DNA from: Treponema sp.
Lineage (GTDB): Bacteria; Spirochaetota; Spirochaetia; Treponematales; Treponemataceae
Assembly (NCBI GenBank): GCA_016283615.1
Contig: JAEENG010000071.1
Coordinates: 4,768-68,767, forward strand
Reading direction: 5' to 3'
Length of the DNA: 64,000 bases
Below are positions 17,603 through 28,176 of this stretch, piece by piece (the first letter of the stretch is position 1; each line of letters opens with the position of its first letter). The notes beneath the pieces were generated by a model, which did no database searches, was not told the DNA's origin, and saw nothing but the letters and a program-made list of their open reading frames with translations. Position numbers and translations under genes: made by a program.

Positions 17603-18829
17603 ATGTTTTTTCACGGTGGTACTAATTCAAGACGTATAGATGATTATCTGGACTTTAGCGCAAACACAAGTCCACTGGGTGTGCACAAAGCGGCTTCTAA
17701 AGCTTTGCTTGCTCTTTCTCTTGATCCTTCAATTCTGGCATCATATCCGGACCCGAACTGCTCGGAGCTAAAGGAAGTTCTCTCCGAATACTGGAATTTT
17801 AAAGGCCCTGTTCTCTGCGGTTCAGGTGCTGCGGATTTGACCCAGCTCATTTCAATGGTTTTTGGAAAAAATGTTCAGGGAACCGCGTTTAACCTGATTA
17901 TTGAACCTGCTTTTTCTGAATACGAAAATGCGCTGATTATGGCGTGTGACGACGAAAAAATCCTTCATCTTACCCTCGAAGAAAAAAACGACTTTAAGTT
18001 TACAGACGCTGATTTGGAAAGACTTAAGAAGATTCTTTCGGGCGGCGTTCCGTTGATGTTTATGGCAAGCCCGTCAAATCCAGCAGGAAATGTAATTCCG
18101 TTTGATACGCTTGTAAAAATTGCCTCAGAATGTGAAAAGGCCGGAACTGTTCTCGTTCTGGACAGCTGTTTCTGCCAGTTCAGTGAAGAAGCAGAAAAAA
18201 ATGTACGCAAACTTATCGAACGCTACAAAGAGTTTCCGCACCTGATTATTTTGAACGCATTTACAAAGATCTACGGAATGGCAGGACTCCGCCTTGGTTA
18301 TGCACTGTGCTTCAGCTCGGATGTTTATAACCCGCTTGTTAATTCAATGCGTCCGTGGACAATCAGTACTGACGCCCAGGTAACCGGTACAGCCGTTATC
18401 CGCAGTGAACTTGAAGGCGCTCCATGGCAAAAGCAGATGCTCAAACTTGTAAAGGAAGAGCGCAAATATATCGGTGATTATTTTAAAAAGATTGGTGCAA
18501 AAGTTTTGAAAGGCGAGGGGAATTATATTCTCCTTAAGCTTAATGAGGAACTTCAGAAAAAGGCTTCGGATTATGCGGCTTCCCAGGCAACTCCTGCAAA
18601 GAAAAAGGCAGGTCACAACGGCCCTAAAAAGCAGGCCCTGGTGAACAGCGATGATGATACACCAAGTCCGTTCTCAGCTCCGCTCTGTCAGGCTCTTGCT
18701 CTTTCCAAAATCGTTATCCGCGGCTGTTCTGACTTTTACGGAATGGATCAGTCATGGTACCGTGTTTCAATTAAAAATCATGAAGAAAACTCTCAGCTCA
18801 TAAAAGCCCTCAAAAAGATTTTTGAATAA
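17603..18829 (+). CDS. PLP-dependent class I/II enzyme, threonine-phosphate decarboxylase (CobD)/HisC-like
   Basis: HGG, DFSANTSPLG, SPSNPAG and AFTKIYGMAGLRLGY (PLP lysine) motifs. Confidence 0.8.
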   Translation: MFFHGGTNSRRIDDYLDFSANTSPLGVHKAASKALLALSLDPSILASYPDPNCSELKEVLSEYWNFKGPVLCGSGAADLTQLISMVFGKNVQGTAFNLIIEPAFSEYENALIMACDDEKILHLTLEEKNDFKFTDADLERLKKILSGGVPLMFMASPSNPAGNVIPFDTLVKIASECEKAGTVLVLDSCFCQFSEEAEKNVRKLIERYKEFPHLIILNAFTKIYGMAGLRLGYALCFSSDVYNPLVNSMRPWTISTDAQVTGTAVIRSELEGAPWQKQMLKLVKEERKYIGDYFKKIGAKVLKGEGNYILLKLNEELQKKASDYAASQATPAKKKAGHNGPKKQALVNSDDDTPSPFSAPLCQALALSKIVIRGCSDFYGMDQSWYRVSIKNHEENSQLIKALKKIFE

Positions 18830-18870
18830 TTGAATTCAACTTTTTGGTTTTTTTGAAACTGATGTTTAAA

Positions 18871-18908
18871 ACAAAAAAAGCTGCACTTTAAAAGTGCAGC
18901 TTTTTTGT
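18871..18908. terminator. Bidirectional intrinsic terminator
   Basis: AAAAAAAGCTGCACTTT-A-AAAGTGCAGCTTTTTT between convergent genes. Confidence 0.9.
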
Positions 18909-18929
18909 TCTTGTGTCTGTATTTTAGAC

Positions 18930-21644
18930 TTATTTTGCAAGCTTGATGCTCTTAACAGTGTAGTTGTACTTGTGTTCATTGATTGTGAATTCAAGTGTTT
19001 CGCCAACTTTGCTGTCGAGAAGCTGGTTTCCGAACGGTGACATGTAAGAAATAATACCTGCATCCGGATCTGATTCCCAAGGTCCCATGATTGTGTATTT
19101 TTCATCTTTGCCTGAATTGTTGTCTGTAAGAACAACAACTGTACCGAATGAAACCATAGAAGTTGTAGCAGTTGTCGGGTCAAAGATCTGTGCACGTGCA
19201 AGTTCACCCTGCAGGCGCTTGAGATCGTTGTTGAGTTTGTGCTGAGCTTCTTTTGCTGCGATATATTCGGCATTTTCCTTCAAGTCGCCCTTTTCCTTTG
19301 CATCTGCAACTTCTTTTGCGATTGCAGGAATGTCGATAGTCTGCATCTTCTGTTCGAGAGCCTTCTTTTCGTCGAGTTTTGCCTTTGTAACGAGCATTCC
19401 CTTTGGTGTAGAAGACTTTTCTTCGTGTGTGCGGAATTTGTAATCCGGATATTTCTCGAGGATGCGGTTGCGCAAGCCCTGTTTGATAGTCGGTTCAAGT
19501 TCAGAAATATCGTCAACCAGAGTGTAGAGGTGAGTCATTTCTTCCTGAGAACAGCTGAGCATGTAGTCAGCAAATACATTTACAGGTGATTTTTCGTCGC
19601 CGAAAATAAGCTTTTTGGCGTTTTTACCGATCTTCTTGTTTTCTGTTGTATCGATGTGGTTGTCGATTTCGCGGTATGTCTGACCGATGATGTTTACGAT
19701 TGAAATCAACTGTTTCTGAGTGCTGATGTTTGCACTCTTGAACCATTCGTCCTTCTGGCAGTTTTCAAAGAAGAACAGTACAGCTTCCCTGTAGTCCTTG
19801 TAGTTTTCAAATGCTGTCGCTGCAAGTTTCTGAACTTTTTCTGTCTGGCCTGCTTTAACGAGGTCGTCGAGCATTGACTTTTTGAGAACAGTAGGGAAGA
19901 GGAGAATGTACTGATCAACCCAGTTCGGAAGAAGTTTGATGGATTCGAGGAATTTGTCCTGGAGTTTGATTGATTTTCCGTCCTTGAGGTCTTCGTACAT
20001 TTTGCGCGGATTGTCGATTTCCTTGTACAGTTCGGCAAATGAGAAGCTTGGTTTGTATGCGAGGTTAGGAAGACGTGAACTTACTTCCTGTACTACGAGG
20101 TAAGAACCTACTACGTTTTCGTTTACCTGGCTGAAAGCTTTGAGGAAGCCTACAAAGTAGTTGTACATTTCTGAGAAGAAATCATTTTCTTTGTCAGCTT
20201 CTTCTGTATCGAGATATTTTCCGAATACTTCAACACGCGGCATAAACTGCTTCTGTGCCTTGAATTCGTTGCTGAGTTTTTCTTCAGTTGAGATTTTCTT
20301 GTCACGAACCATGTATTCGTTGATGTTGTTTGGATTTATACCGAATGTAGGGTCGCTTTCGAGTGTTTTTTTGGCAGCTGTATTCCAGCTTGTCCATTCG
20401 CCCGGAGTAAGGATTGAAGGAACAAGTTCTGCCTTGATGCGTTTGAGGTCACAGCTGTTTCCGAATGAACGGATGATTGTTTTGAGAGCCCATGACTTGT
20501 CTTTGTCTTCCTTGAATTTTTTAACAAGGGCTTCTTTTGACTGAGTAGCCTTCAAAACCCAGATGTGGTCTTTTGCAAGCGGCTGCAATGCGCTTACTGC
20601 CATCTTGAGTGACATTTCCTTTACGCCGTTTTTCTTGCCGAAGTTGATCTGGAGCTTGTCGTTTTCTACCTTGCGGATAATACCAACACCCCATGTTCTG
20701 TGGTAAACAAAGTTTTTGGCATCGAATGCGATGTGTTTTTCAAAGTCGTTGATTGCTTCAAATACGTTGCGGAAGCTTGAATTGAGGTTTGATGAACGGA
20801 TGTATTCTTCAACATTCGAGTGGTCAGCGTATTTACCCTTGAAGCAGGCTGCGATTTCGTTGCGTGCCCAGTTGTCTTTTGGATCGATTGTCAAAATGAT
20901 TTTGAGAATATCGATTGCTGTATCCCATTTTGAATTGTCCTTGTAATACGGGTACAGGTCGTGCATGAGAAGGGCACTCTTGTCTGCGCTGATTGATTTT
21001 TCGATTTTGCGCTGTACGAGGAGGAAGAAGTCAATTTCGTCCGGAATCATAGAAACGAGTCTTGTCCAGGTTTCTTTTACGGCAGTCATGTTCTTTGCGT
21101 TTACAAAGCGGAGAAGTGCCTTTTTGTAGTATGCGGTTGCGTTGTCGCTGTCGCCTGCGTTTTCGTAGTGTTCAGCGAGAATTTTTGCAATTTCTGCTTC
21201 TTCATAGTCAATCTTTACGATTTTTTCGTAGATTTCCCATGCCTTGTCGTCGTTTGCATTGCGGTAGATTTCTGCGAGAGTACGGAGTGCAAACTTGTTG
21301 TTAGGATCTATGTCGAGGATTGATTCGCACAGGTATGTAACAACAGGCTCCTTGTGATTCTTTTCAAAGATATCTACGAGGTTTACAAGTGAAGAGTTGT
21401 CCAAATCACCCTGTTTGAGACCGAGCATACCTGAAATGTAAAGGGCAATGATACTGTCCTTTGTGTGGGCAAGCTGTTCGTCACAGATTTTCTTTACTTC
21501 TTCTACACAGTTTTCATTACGTGCCTTTTCTACGATTTCTGACAATTCCATCAGGTTGTTCTTTGTGTAATTACTGATGGTTGCACGTGTCCAGGTTTCT
21601 TCCTTAAGCATTTCCTGTACTGACTTTACAAGTTCTTCAGACAT
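18930..21644 (-). CDS. greA: Transcription elongation factor GreA, long spirochaete form
   Basis: C-terminal GreA domain (GDLKENAEY, ISYMSPFG) fused to ~750 aa of TPR/helical N-terminus. Confidence 0.92.
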   Translation of the reverse strand: MSEELVKSVQEMLKEETWTRATISNYTKNNLMELSEIVEKARNENCVEEVKKICDEQLAHTKDSIIALYISGMLGLKQGDLDNSSLVNLVDIFEKNHKEPVVTYLCESILDIDPNNKFALRTLAEIYRNANDDKAWEIYEKIVKIDYEEAEIAKILAEHYENAGDSDNATAYYKKALLRFVNAKNMTAVKETWTRLVSMIPDEIDFFLLVQRKIEKSISADKSALLMHDLYPYYKDNSKWDTAIDILKIILTIDPKDNWARNEIAACFKGKYADHSNVEEYIRSSNLNSSFRNVFEAINDFEKHIAFDAKNFVYHRTWGVGIIRKVENDKLQINFGKKNGVKEMSLKMAVSALQPLAKDHIWVLKATQSKEALVKKFKEDKDKSWALKTIIRSFGNSCDLKRIKAELVPSILTPGEWTSWNTAAKKTLESDPTFGINPNNINEYMVRDKKISTEEKLSNEFKAQKQFMPRVEVFGKYLDTEEADKENDFFSEMYNYFVGFLKAFSQVNENVVGSYLVVQEVSSRLPNLAYKPSFSFAELYKEIDNPRKMYEDLKDGKSIKLQDKFLESIKLLPNWVDQYILLFPTVLKKSMLDDLVKAGQTEKVQKLAATAFENYKDYREAVLFFFENCQKDEWFKSANISTQKQLISIVNIIGQTYREIDNHIDTTENKKIGKNAKKLIFGDEKSPVNVFADYMLSCSQEEMTHLYTLVDDISELEPTIKQGLRNRILEKYPDYKFRTHEEKSSTPKGMLVTKAKLDEKKALEQKMQTIDIPAIAKEVADAKEKGDLKENAEYIAAKEAQHKLNNDLKRLQGELARAQIFDPTTATTSMVSFGTVVVLTDNNSGKDEKYTIMGPWESDPDAGIISYMSPFGNQLLDSKVGETLEFTINEHKYNYTVKSIKLAK

Positions 21645-21710
21645 TTGTTTCTCCTGTCTCTTTTTTCTTCCGGCTTTGCCGGTGTATAGCTGATTTCCTC
21701 AACCGGATAT

Positions 21711-22640
21711 TTATTTTACGTATAAGTCGTATACGTCTCTGTCCAGAATTTTGATTTTAAGCAGAAGTTCGTTTATCCTGCTTCCGCTGTCATTTTTCTG
21801 GACATAATGATCCATGAGCCAAAAATACATATTAATGAGGCGAGGTGTAAGAAGCTTTGAATTATTCGAAGGATTCTTAATCTCGATTTCCTTTTCAAAA
21901 ATATGCTGTTTTAATTCTCCGACTTCCTGGCTTCGAAGTTCGCGCTGTACGTTAAAAACTCCGTACAAAACTCCGTAAACCGGAACCCATTCACCAAGTT
22001 CTGCACCTGAATAACCGCGCTCTTTGACCTGTTCAATCAGACAGCGGATTAATTCTGAATCAAGCAGTGTAAGATCTATTTTCTGGGCATCAATAAAAAA
22101 AGCTTCCCTGAAAAGTACCTTTGCCTGCTTTTCTAAACCGCTCAATGCATAACAGTCAGCCATCTCTGCCAGAACCGGTGCACTGGACTGGGAGAGTGAA
22201 TTTGCTTCTGTCAGGCAAGCGAGCGCTTCATCGTATTTGCCGAGTTTTTTATTGCATATTCCTGTTTTGAGGGCAATCTCTGCCTTCTGTACAGTGTTAT
22301 GCGGACTGTCAAGCGACGAAAAAATCTTTAATGCAAGGCCAAAAACGCCTGTCTGCATTGAATATACTGCCTTTGAAAATACATCTTTTTTACGGCTGAG
22401 TTCGTCTTCGAAGGATTTCCACCGATAGCACAAACCTTCGCCCTGTTCAAAAGGATCCATTTGCGGAAGGCTCTGAATGTAATCACTCCAGTAGGAACAG
22501 CACCAGACTGCAAAATTCAGTTCGCTGTTACTCAAATCGTATTGATAAAGTTCAGCGAGAATATCTTTAGCGGCCTTGGCTTTGCCCTGCTCCATGAGGG
22601 AGTAGGCATTTTTTAATCCTTCTTCAGACTGATTACTCAT
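21711..22640 (-). CDS. TPR-containing hypothetical protein
   Basis: TPR-like helices (ALKTGICNKKLGKYDEALACL); upstream promoter TTGACT-N16-TATAAT. Confidence 0.8.
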   Translation of the reverse strand: MSNQSEEGLKNAYSLMEQGKAKAAKDILAELYQYDLSNSELNFAVWCCSYWSDYIQSLPQMDPFEQGEGLCYRWKSFEDELSRKKDVFSKAVYSMQTGVFGLALKIFSSLDSPHNTVQKAEIALKTGICNKKLGKYDEALACLTEANSLSQSSAPVLAEMADCYALSGLEKQAKVLFREAFFIDAQKIDLTLLDSELIRCLIEQVKERGYSGAELGEWVPVYGVLYGVFNVQRELRSQEVGELKQHIFEKEIEIKNPSNNSKLLTPRLINMYFWLMDHYVQKNDSGSRINELLLKIKILDRDVYDLYVK

Positions 22641-22821
22641 AGTATTATATTAATTATAGCGAAATGGGGTTTTTAGTCAATAAAACTTACAAAATTTTAG
22701 AAAAATTGGGGTAAAGTTTATACTTTGTTTGAAATAATCTGTCAATAGTTAATTCAGTGTTTTTTTTGAAATTAAATAAGATGTTGTTTTTATCTCTATA
22801 TTCTGTTATCATAATAGGATA

Positions 22822-23454
22822 ATGAAAGGTAAAATTTTAGCACCATCTCTGCTCTCTGCAAACTTTGGTGATCTGGCTGGAGCTCTTAAACTCTGCGAAG
22901 AAAAAGGCGCAGGTTTAATTCATATCGATGTAATGGACGGGCACTTTGTTCCTCAGATAACTTATGGTCAGCCCGTAATAAAATCAATTCGTCCTCTTAC
23001 AAAAATTCCGTTTGATGTTCACCTGATGGTAGAACGCCCGGAAGAAATGGTGGATACTTTTGCAGACTCAGGTGCGGATTACATCACTTTTCATCAGGAA
23101 GCCTGCGTTCACATTGACCGCCTGATAAATCATATTCATTCACTTGGAAAAAAGGCAGGAATTTCAATCGTACCTTCAACACCGGTAAGTTCAATTCTTC
23201 CGGTTCTTGCCCAGGTAGATCTGGTTCTGGTTATGACGGTAAACCCGGGCTTTGGCGGACAGTCACTTATTCCATATTGTGTGGATAAAGTGAGCGAACT
23301 TGTCGCTTTACGCAAAGAAAAGGGTTATAATTATAAAATCTCTGTTGACGGTGGAGTTAACAATAAAACTGTAGGCAGTGTTCTTCAGGCCGGCGCAGAC
23401 ATTATCGTTTCGGGATCCGCTTTCTTTAACGGGTCTTTTGAATGGGAGAACTGA
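22822..23454 (+). CDS. rpe: Ribulose-phosphate 3-epimerase
   Basis: APSLLSANF, HIDVMDGHFVP, DVHLM, MTVNPGFGGQ, VDGG. Confidence 0.97.
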   Translation: MKGKILAPSLLSANFGDLAGALKLCEEKGAGLIHIDVMDGHFVPQITYGQPVIKSIRPLTKIPFDVHLMVERPEEMVDTFADSGADYITFHQEACVHIDRLINHIHSLGKKAGISIVPSTPVSSILPVLAQVDLVLVMTVNPGFGGQSLIPYCVDKVSELVALRKEKGYNYKISVDGGVNNKTVGSVLQAGADIIVSGSAFFNGSFEWEN

Positions 23455-23455
23455 T

Positions 23456-24442
23456 ATGAAAAAGTTTCTTGCTGTTACTCTGACGGTCTTTTCATTATTT
23501 GTATGTATGCCTCTTTCTGCAGGTTCCTATACTTCAGACCAGCAGCAGGGCTTTGACGCTTACCGCAAAAATGACTGGACTTCTGCAATGTTCTTTTTGA
23601 GAAAGGCAGGCAGTTCAACAACAGGCTATGATTCGGAAACCCTTTACATGCTTGTAATGAGCGAAATGTACGCAGGTGAATACAAATCGGCTCTTTCTGA
23701 CGCAAACCTCTTCCTTCAGAAATTTGCTTCAAGCAGATATGCGCCGTACATGCACTTTCAGAAGGGAAGGGCACTCCACTTTCTCGGAAACAACGAGGAC
23801 GCCGTTCTTGTTTTGAGCGACTTCTGCCACCAGAATCCTAAAAACGAACTTTACGCTTCTGCCCTGTACTGGATTGCAGAATGCTTCTATAACGAATACA
23901 ACTTTGATTACGCCCGCTCGCTTTATGAACGCGTAGTCCAGGATTTTCCGACAGACGCAAAGGCAACTGACAGCCGCTACCGCATCGAAATGATTGCACA
24001 GCGCGAACGTGAAGAAAAACTTGTTTATCTTCTGAAGGTAACCGGAGAAGAAAATCTTGCCGCCCGCGAAGATTACGAGAGACAGATTAAACTCTATCAG
24101 ACAGAAGATAAGATGGGCTTACGGAAGTCACTTTCCGATGCCGAGGCACGGATTGCAGAACTTGAATCTCTCCTGAGTGCAGAAAAATCAAATTCGGCAA
24201 TGCTTGAAGCACAGAAAAATGAAGCGCTTAAGGCCGCCCGCAATTCAAATACCGCCGCAGGTTCAAAAGATGCCGCTCCGGCCGTAACATCGCCGGAACC
24301 GACAGCCGCACAGAATTCAACTGCCCAGAATGCGGCAGTAAATAACAGTTCAAAATTCAGAACAGATCCTGAAGTTGAAGCATTAAAGCGAAAGGCCCGT
24401 CACCTGCAGTATCTTCTGGACGAACGCTATCCTTCAGAATAA
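23456..24442 (+). CDS. Exported TPR protein (BamD/CpoB-like) with coiled coil
   Basis: Signal peptide from ATG 23456, TPR repeats (ALYWIAECFY), coiled-coil and Ala/Pro-rich tail. Confidence 0.75.
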   Translation: MKKFLAVTLTVFSLFVCMPLSAGSYTSDQQQGFDAYRKNDWTSAMFFLRKAGSSTTGYDSETLYMLVMSEMYAGEYKSALSDANLFLQKFASSRYAPYMHFQKGRALHFLGNNEDAVLVLSDFCHQNPKNELYASALYWIAECFYNEYNFDYARSLYERVVQDFPTDAKATDSRYRIEMIAQREREEKLVYLLKVTGEENLAAREDYERQIKLYQTEDKMGLRKSLSDAEARIAELESLLSAEKSNSAMLEAQKNEALKAARNSNTAAGSKDAAPAVTSPEPTAAQNSTAQNAAVNNSSKFRTDPEVEALKRKARHLQYLLDERYPSE

Positions 24443-24469
24443 TTTGTAAAAGGCTTAACAGGAGTTTTT

Positions 24470-25816
24470 ATGAAAAAAATAAAATGCACTTTGCTTTTGG
24501 CAGTTTCTCTTTTTATGTTTGTACCTCTGATTGCGCAGGATGCCGAAGGGGCCGCAGAAGAAGAAACAACTGAACAGACAGAAACAAAGCCTAAAAAAAC
24601 TAAGGAAGAACTCATTGAAGAACGCGCTGAGTTAAAAGTCAAGCAGGCAGAAGCAAAGAAAAAGGCAAAGGAAGAAAAGGCCGCAGCAAAAGAAAAACTC
24701 CGTCTTGCAAAACAGCTTGCAAAAGATAAATTAAGGGAAAAGAAAGACAAATATCTGGGAATCGTTTATGTTCCGGAGAGTAAATACGAAATAAAGCGAG
24801 GACTTCTGCGCCTTACATTCAAGGGCTCAACCGGTTCGTTTAATATGCTTGCAAAGGGCGAAGATACACCGGAAACAGCACTTCTTTCAAAGTATGAAGG
24901 TTCAAGTTCAACTTATTTTTCTGCAAAAATCAACAATACGGTTTACAGATTGAATAAGGATGCAGGTGTAAATAAGGAACTGCGCAAATTGAGTTCCGGT
25001 GCCCAGCTTGCATACACTGTAGAAAAAAAAGCTCAGGTTGTCGTAGACTTTGTGCCTGTTTCTTCTGTAATGGGTGCTCCCGAAGATATGGTCCGTGTAA
25101 CAGTTTACTCGACAAATATCTCAAAAAATCCGGAAACAATTGCAATCAAAGGACTTTTTGATACAATCCTCGGAGAAGGAACTGACTATCACTTTATAAC
25201 TTCTACCGGATTAAAGATTAAGGGCGAAAAGAAATTTGGTTCAATGAAAACCGAACGTTCAATTATTTCTACAAATTCAAGAACTTCAGTTCAGTTTGTT
25301 CTGTACGGACAGACAATTGCTTCTCCTGACTGGGTTTCCATGGCTAACAGGGATTCTCTTTCAAACGGAGCCTGGATTCCGGAAATTACGGATGACAGAA
25401 GCTTTAATACGGTTCTTGCATACAATAACTCGGCTGTTGCCGTAAACTGGCCTGCACAGATTCTCAAGCCGGAAGAAACTACTTCATTTTCTTTCTATAT
25501 CGTTGCAGGTGTAGACAGCCGCGTTCCAAACGGACTTGCATTCATTGACCAGTTGAGTAAAAAGGTTGATAACCCTGTAGAAGTTACAGAAGTTAAAAAT
25601 GACCAGGTTGAATTAAAGAAGCCTGCAGTAGACTTTATCGTTTCGCCTTCAATCACCGACAGCCAGCTTGACCCTGAATACATCCAGAATCTCATTGACC
25701 GGATTAATGCATTGCAGAGCGATCCTCTGACAGTTGACCGCCAGGAAGTAAGACAGCTTAACCGTGAACTTGATGCAATTCTTGAAAAGATAAGGCAGCA
25801 GAAGAACAATGAGTAA
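24470..25816 (+). CDS. Exported hypothetical protein
   Basis: AGGAG SD, signal peptide, K/E-rich coil, then a beta-rich domain. Confidence 0.75.
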   Translation: MKKIKCTLLLAVSLFMFVPLIAQDAEGAAEEETTEQTETKPKKTKEELIEERAELKVKQAEAKKKAKEEKAAAKEKLRLAKQLAKDKLREKKDKYLGIVYVPESKYEIKRGLLRLTFKGSTGSFNMLAKGEDTPETALLSKYEGSSSTYFSAKINNTVYRLNKDAGVNKELRKLSSGAQLAYTVEKKAQVVVDFVPVSSVMGAPEDMVRVTVYSTNISKNPETIAIKGLFDTILGEGTDYHFITSTGLKIKGEKKFGSMKTERSIISTNSRTSVQFVLYGQTIASPDWVSMANRDSLSNGAWIPEITDDRSFNTVLAYNNSAVAVNWPAQILKPEETTSFSFYIVAGVDSRVPNGLAFIDQLSKKVDNPVEVTEVKNDQVELKKPAVDFIVSPSITDSQLDPEYIQNLIDRINALQSDPLTVDRQEVRQLNRELDAILEKIRQQKNNE

Positions 25817-26912
25817 ACCGACTATCGATATTGCACGCGCTCTTGTTCAAAAAAGAAAGTTTGCCGATGCAATTGACCTTCTGGAAGACTCGCGTGAGAT
25901 TTACCGCGAAAGTTTTGAATATTATCTTCTCTTTGGCACCGCCTGTCTTTATGTAGGCGACACGGGAACAGCAAACCAGAACTTTCAGAAGGCGCGCCAT
26001 ATAAAAATCAAGGATACGCGCCTTTTGCTCGGCCAGGCCGCACTTTTTCTGCGCCGCGGCGACACAGACCTTGCAATTCAATATTATCTTGATGTCCTTG
26101 ATATTGAACCTCAGAATAAAATTGCAAAGTCCGCAATGGAGTTTATCCGCACACAGGGCAACTACGAAACAATTGTAAGGTGGGTCGACAGCGGCAAAAT
26201 AGAAAAATTCTATCCGCCTTTAGGCCGCAATATGAATGAACTTGTACGCCTACTCGTTTCGGCAGTGGCCGGAGTTGTGCTTGCGTTTATACTTTTACAC
26301 TTTATGAACCTTGGAACAGGGGGCAGGCAATACGGTAAACGCGCGGATTTGAGTGAACTTACACTTACCGCAGAAGAGCAGCAGAACGCGCTCGAAACCG
26401 ATTTGTCCGGCGGAGTTTACCGTTATATTCTGACTGACAGGCAGATTATGCAGGCCTACGATGATGCCAGGATGTACTTTCAGGATTATCGTGATAATAT
26501 GGCACGTGTAGAAGTTAACCGCATATTGAATTCAAATGCGTCTTCTTCAATAAAGAAAAAGGCAGATTTACTCCTGTCTTATTTTGAAGAGCCGACCTTT
26601 GATTCAATTTCAGATAACTTTCCGTACCAGGATGTTGCCCAGGACCCGGTTTTATACATAGGCTGCTGGGTAGTATGGTCCGGCAGGATTACCAATGCGG
26701 TTCAAACGGAAGACTCGTTTAAGTGCGATCTTCTCGTTGGTTATGAAAATCTTGACCATGTTGACGGAATCGTTCCTGTTTTGTTTACACCGTCTCCAAA
26801 GCCGGAAATTGAAGGCGGAAGACCGGTTAAAATTCTTTCCAGAATTGGAATTGAAAACGGAAAAATCTCTCTGATTGGCCGCACTGTTTATCAGCCGGTT
26901 CAGAAAGATTAG
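25809..26912 (+). CDS. TPR membrane protein
   Basis: N-terminal TPRs, one central TM helix, C-terminal beta domain; overlaps the upstream stop. Confidence 0.8.
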   Translation: MSKPTIDIARALVQKRKFADAIDLLEDSREIYRESFEYYLLFGTACLYVGDTGTANQNFQKARHIKIKDTRLLLGQAALFLRRGDTDLAIQYYLDVLDIEPQNKIAKSAMEFIRTQGNYETIVRWVDSGKIEKFYPPLGRNMNELVRLLVSAVAGVVLAFILLHFMNLGTGGRQYGKRADLSELTLTAEEQQNALETDLSGGVYRYILTDRQIMQAYDDARMYFQDYRDNMARVEVNRILNSNASSSIKKKADLLLSYFEEPTFDSISDNFPYQDVAQDPVLYIGCWVVWSGRITNAVQTEDSFKCDLLVGYENLDHVDGIVPVLFTPSPKPEIEGGRPVKILSRIGIENGKISLIGRTVYQPVQKD

Positions 26913-27003
26913 TTATAACAGTATTTTATAAGAGTTTTTTCAAAAGCATTAGCGCATTTTGAAAAATCACTGCCTATATATAGAGTGGGAGGAAAATTAA
27001 AAG

Positions 27004-28173
27004 GTGGCAAAAATGGCAGACACTAAAGAAACGGCAGAAATGCCTGAAAAACTCAAAGCGCTGGAAGCCGCAAGACTTCAGATCGAAAAACAGTTTGGTG
27101 CTGGTTCTCTGATTAAGCTTGGCTCACAGCCTGATGCACAGGGCGTAGAAGTAATTCCTTCTGGCTCTATTTTACTTGATGAAGCACTTGGTGTTGGCGG
27201 ATATCCCCGCGGACGTATCATCGAAATGTACGGTCCTGAAAGTTCCGGAAAAACAACCCTTGCGCTCCATGCAATCGCTGAAGCTCAGAAACTCGGCGGA
27301 ATCGCAGCCTTTGTTGACGCTGAACACGCGCTGGACCCGGTTTACGCAAAAAATCTCGGCGTAAACATTGATGAATTGTGGGTTTCTCAGCCGGATACAG
27401 GTGAACAGGCTCTTGAAATTACAGAAAGTCTCGTTCGTTCCGGGGCAGTAGATATTATTGTTGTAGACTCTGTTGCAGCCCTTACTCCGCAGAAAGAAAT
27501 TGAAGGTGATATGGGAGACGCAATGGTAGGTCTCCAGGCCCGCCTTATGAGCCAGGCTTTGAGAAAACTTACTGCAATTGTAAGCAAGAGCAAGTGTACA
27601 ATCGTATTTATCAACCAGATCCGTATGAAGATCGGTGTAATGTTCGGTAACCCTGAAACTACAACAGGTGGTAACGCACTCAAATTCTATTCTTCAGTCC
27701 GACTTGAAATCCGCCGTATCGAATCAATTGACGGCAAGGGAGAAGAGGACGCTGTCGGAAACAGAGTCCGCGTCAAGGTTGTTAAAAACAAGGTTGCGCC
27801 TCCGTTCCGCAAGGTTGAACTTGATATTTACTTTGGAAAGGGTATTTCTGCAACTGCCTCCCTTCTTGATTCTGCGGTTAAACACGGCATTATCGATAAA
27901 CGCGGTGCCTGGTATACACGCGGTGAAGAAAAGGTCGGTCAGGGCAAGGAAAACGCAATTAATTTCCTTGAACAGAATCCTGACTACGCAAAACAGATTG
28001 AAGCTCAGATCCGTAACGAAGTATTCCCGGGACAGGTCTTAAAAAACAAGGAAGGTGTACCGGTTTATCCTGAACAGGTTAAAGCTGCAAAGGATACCGC
28101 AAAACCAAAGGCAAAGGTAACACCTGATTCAACTGTAGAAGTTACACCTTCTGCAAAGGATGCACTTTTTTAG
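27004..28173 (+). CDS. recA: Recombinase RecA
   Basis: [46 protein letters not shown]. Confidence 0.98.
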   Translation: MAKMADTKETAEMPEKLKALEAARLQIEKQFGAGSLIKLGSQPDAQGVEVIPSGSILLDEALGVGGYPRGRIIEMYGPESSGKTTLALHAIAEAQKLGGIAAFVDAEHALDPVYAKNLGVNIDELWVSQPDTGEQALEITESLVRSGAVDIIVVDSVAALTPQKEIEGDMGDAMVGLQARLMSQALRKLTAIVSKSKCTIVFINQIRMKIGVMFGNPETTTGGNALKFYSSVRLEIRRIESIDGKGEEDAVGNRVRVKVVKNKVAPPFRKVELDIYFGKGISATASLLDSAVKHGIIDKRGAWYTRGEEKVGQGKENAINFLEQNPDYAKQIEAQIRNEVFPGQVLKNKEGVPVYPEQVKAAKDTAKPKAKVTPDSTVEVTPSAKDALF

Positions 28174-28176
28174 AAA

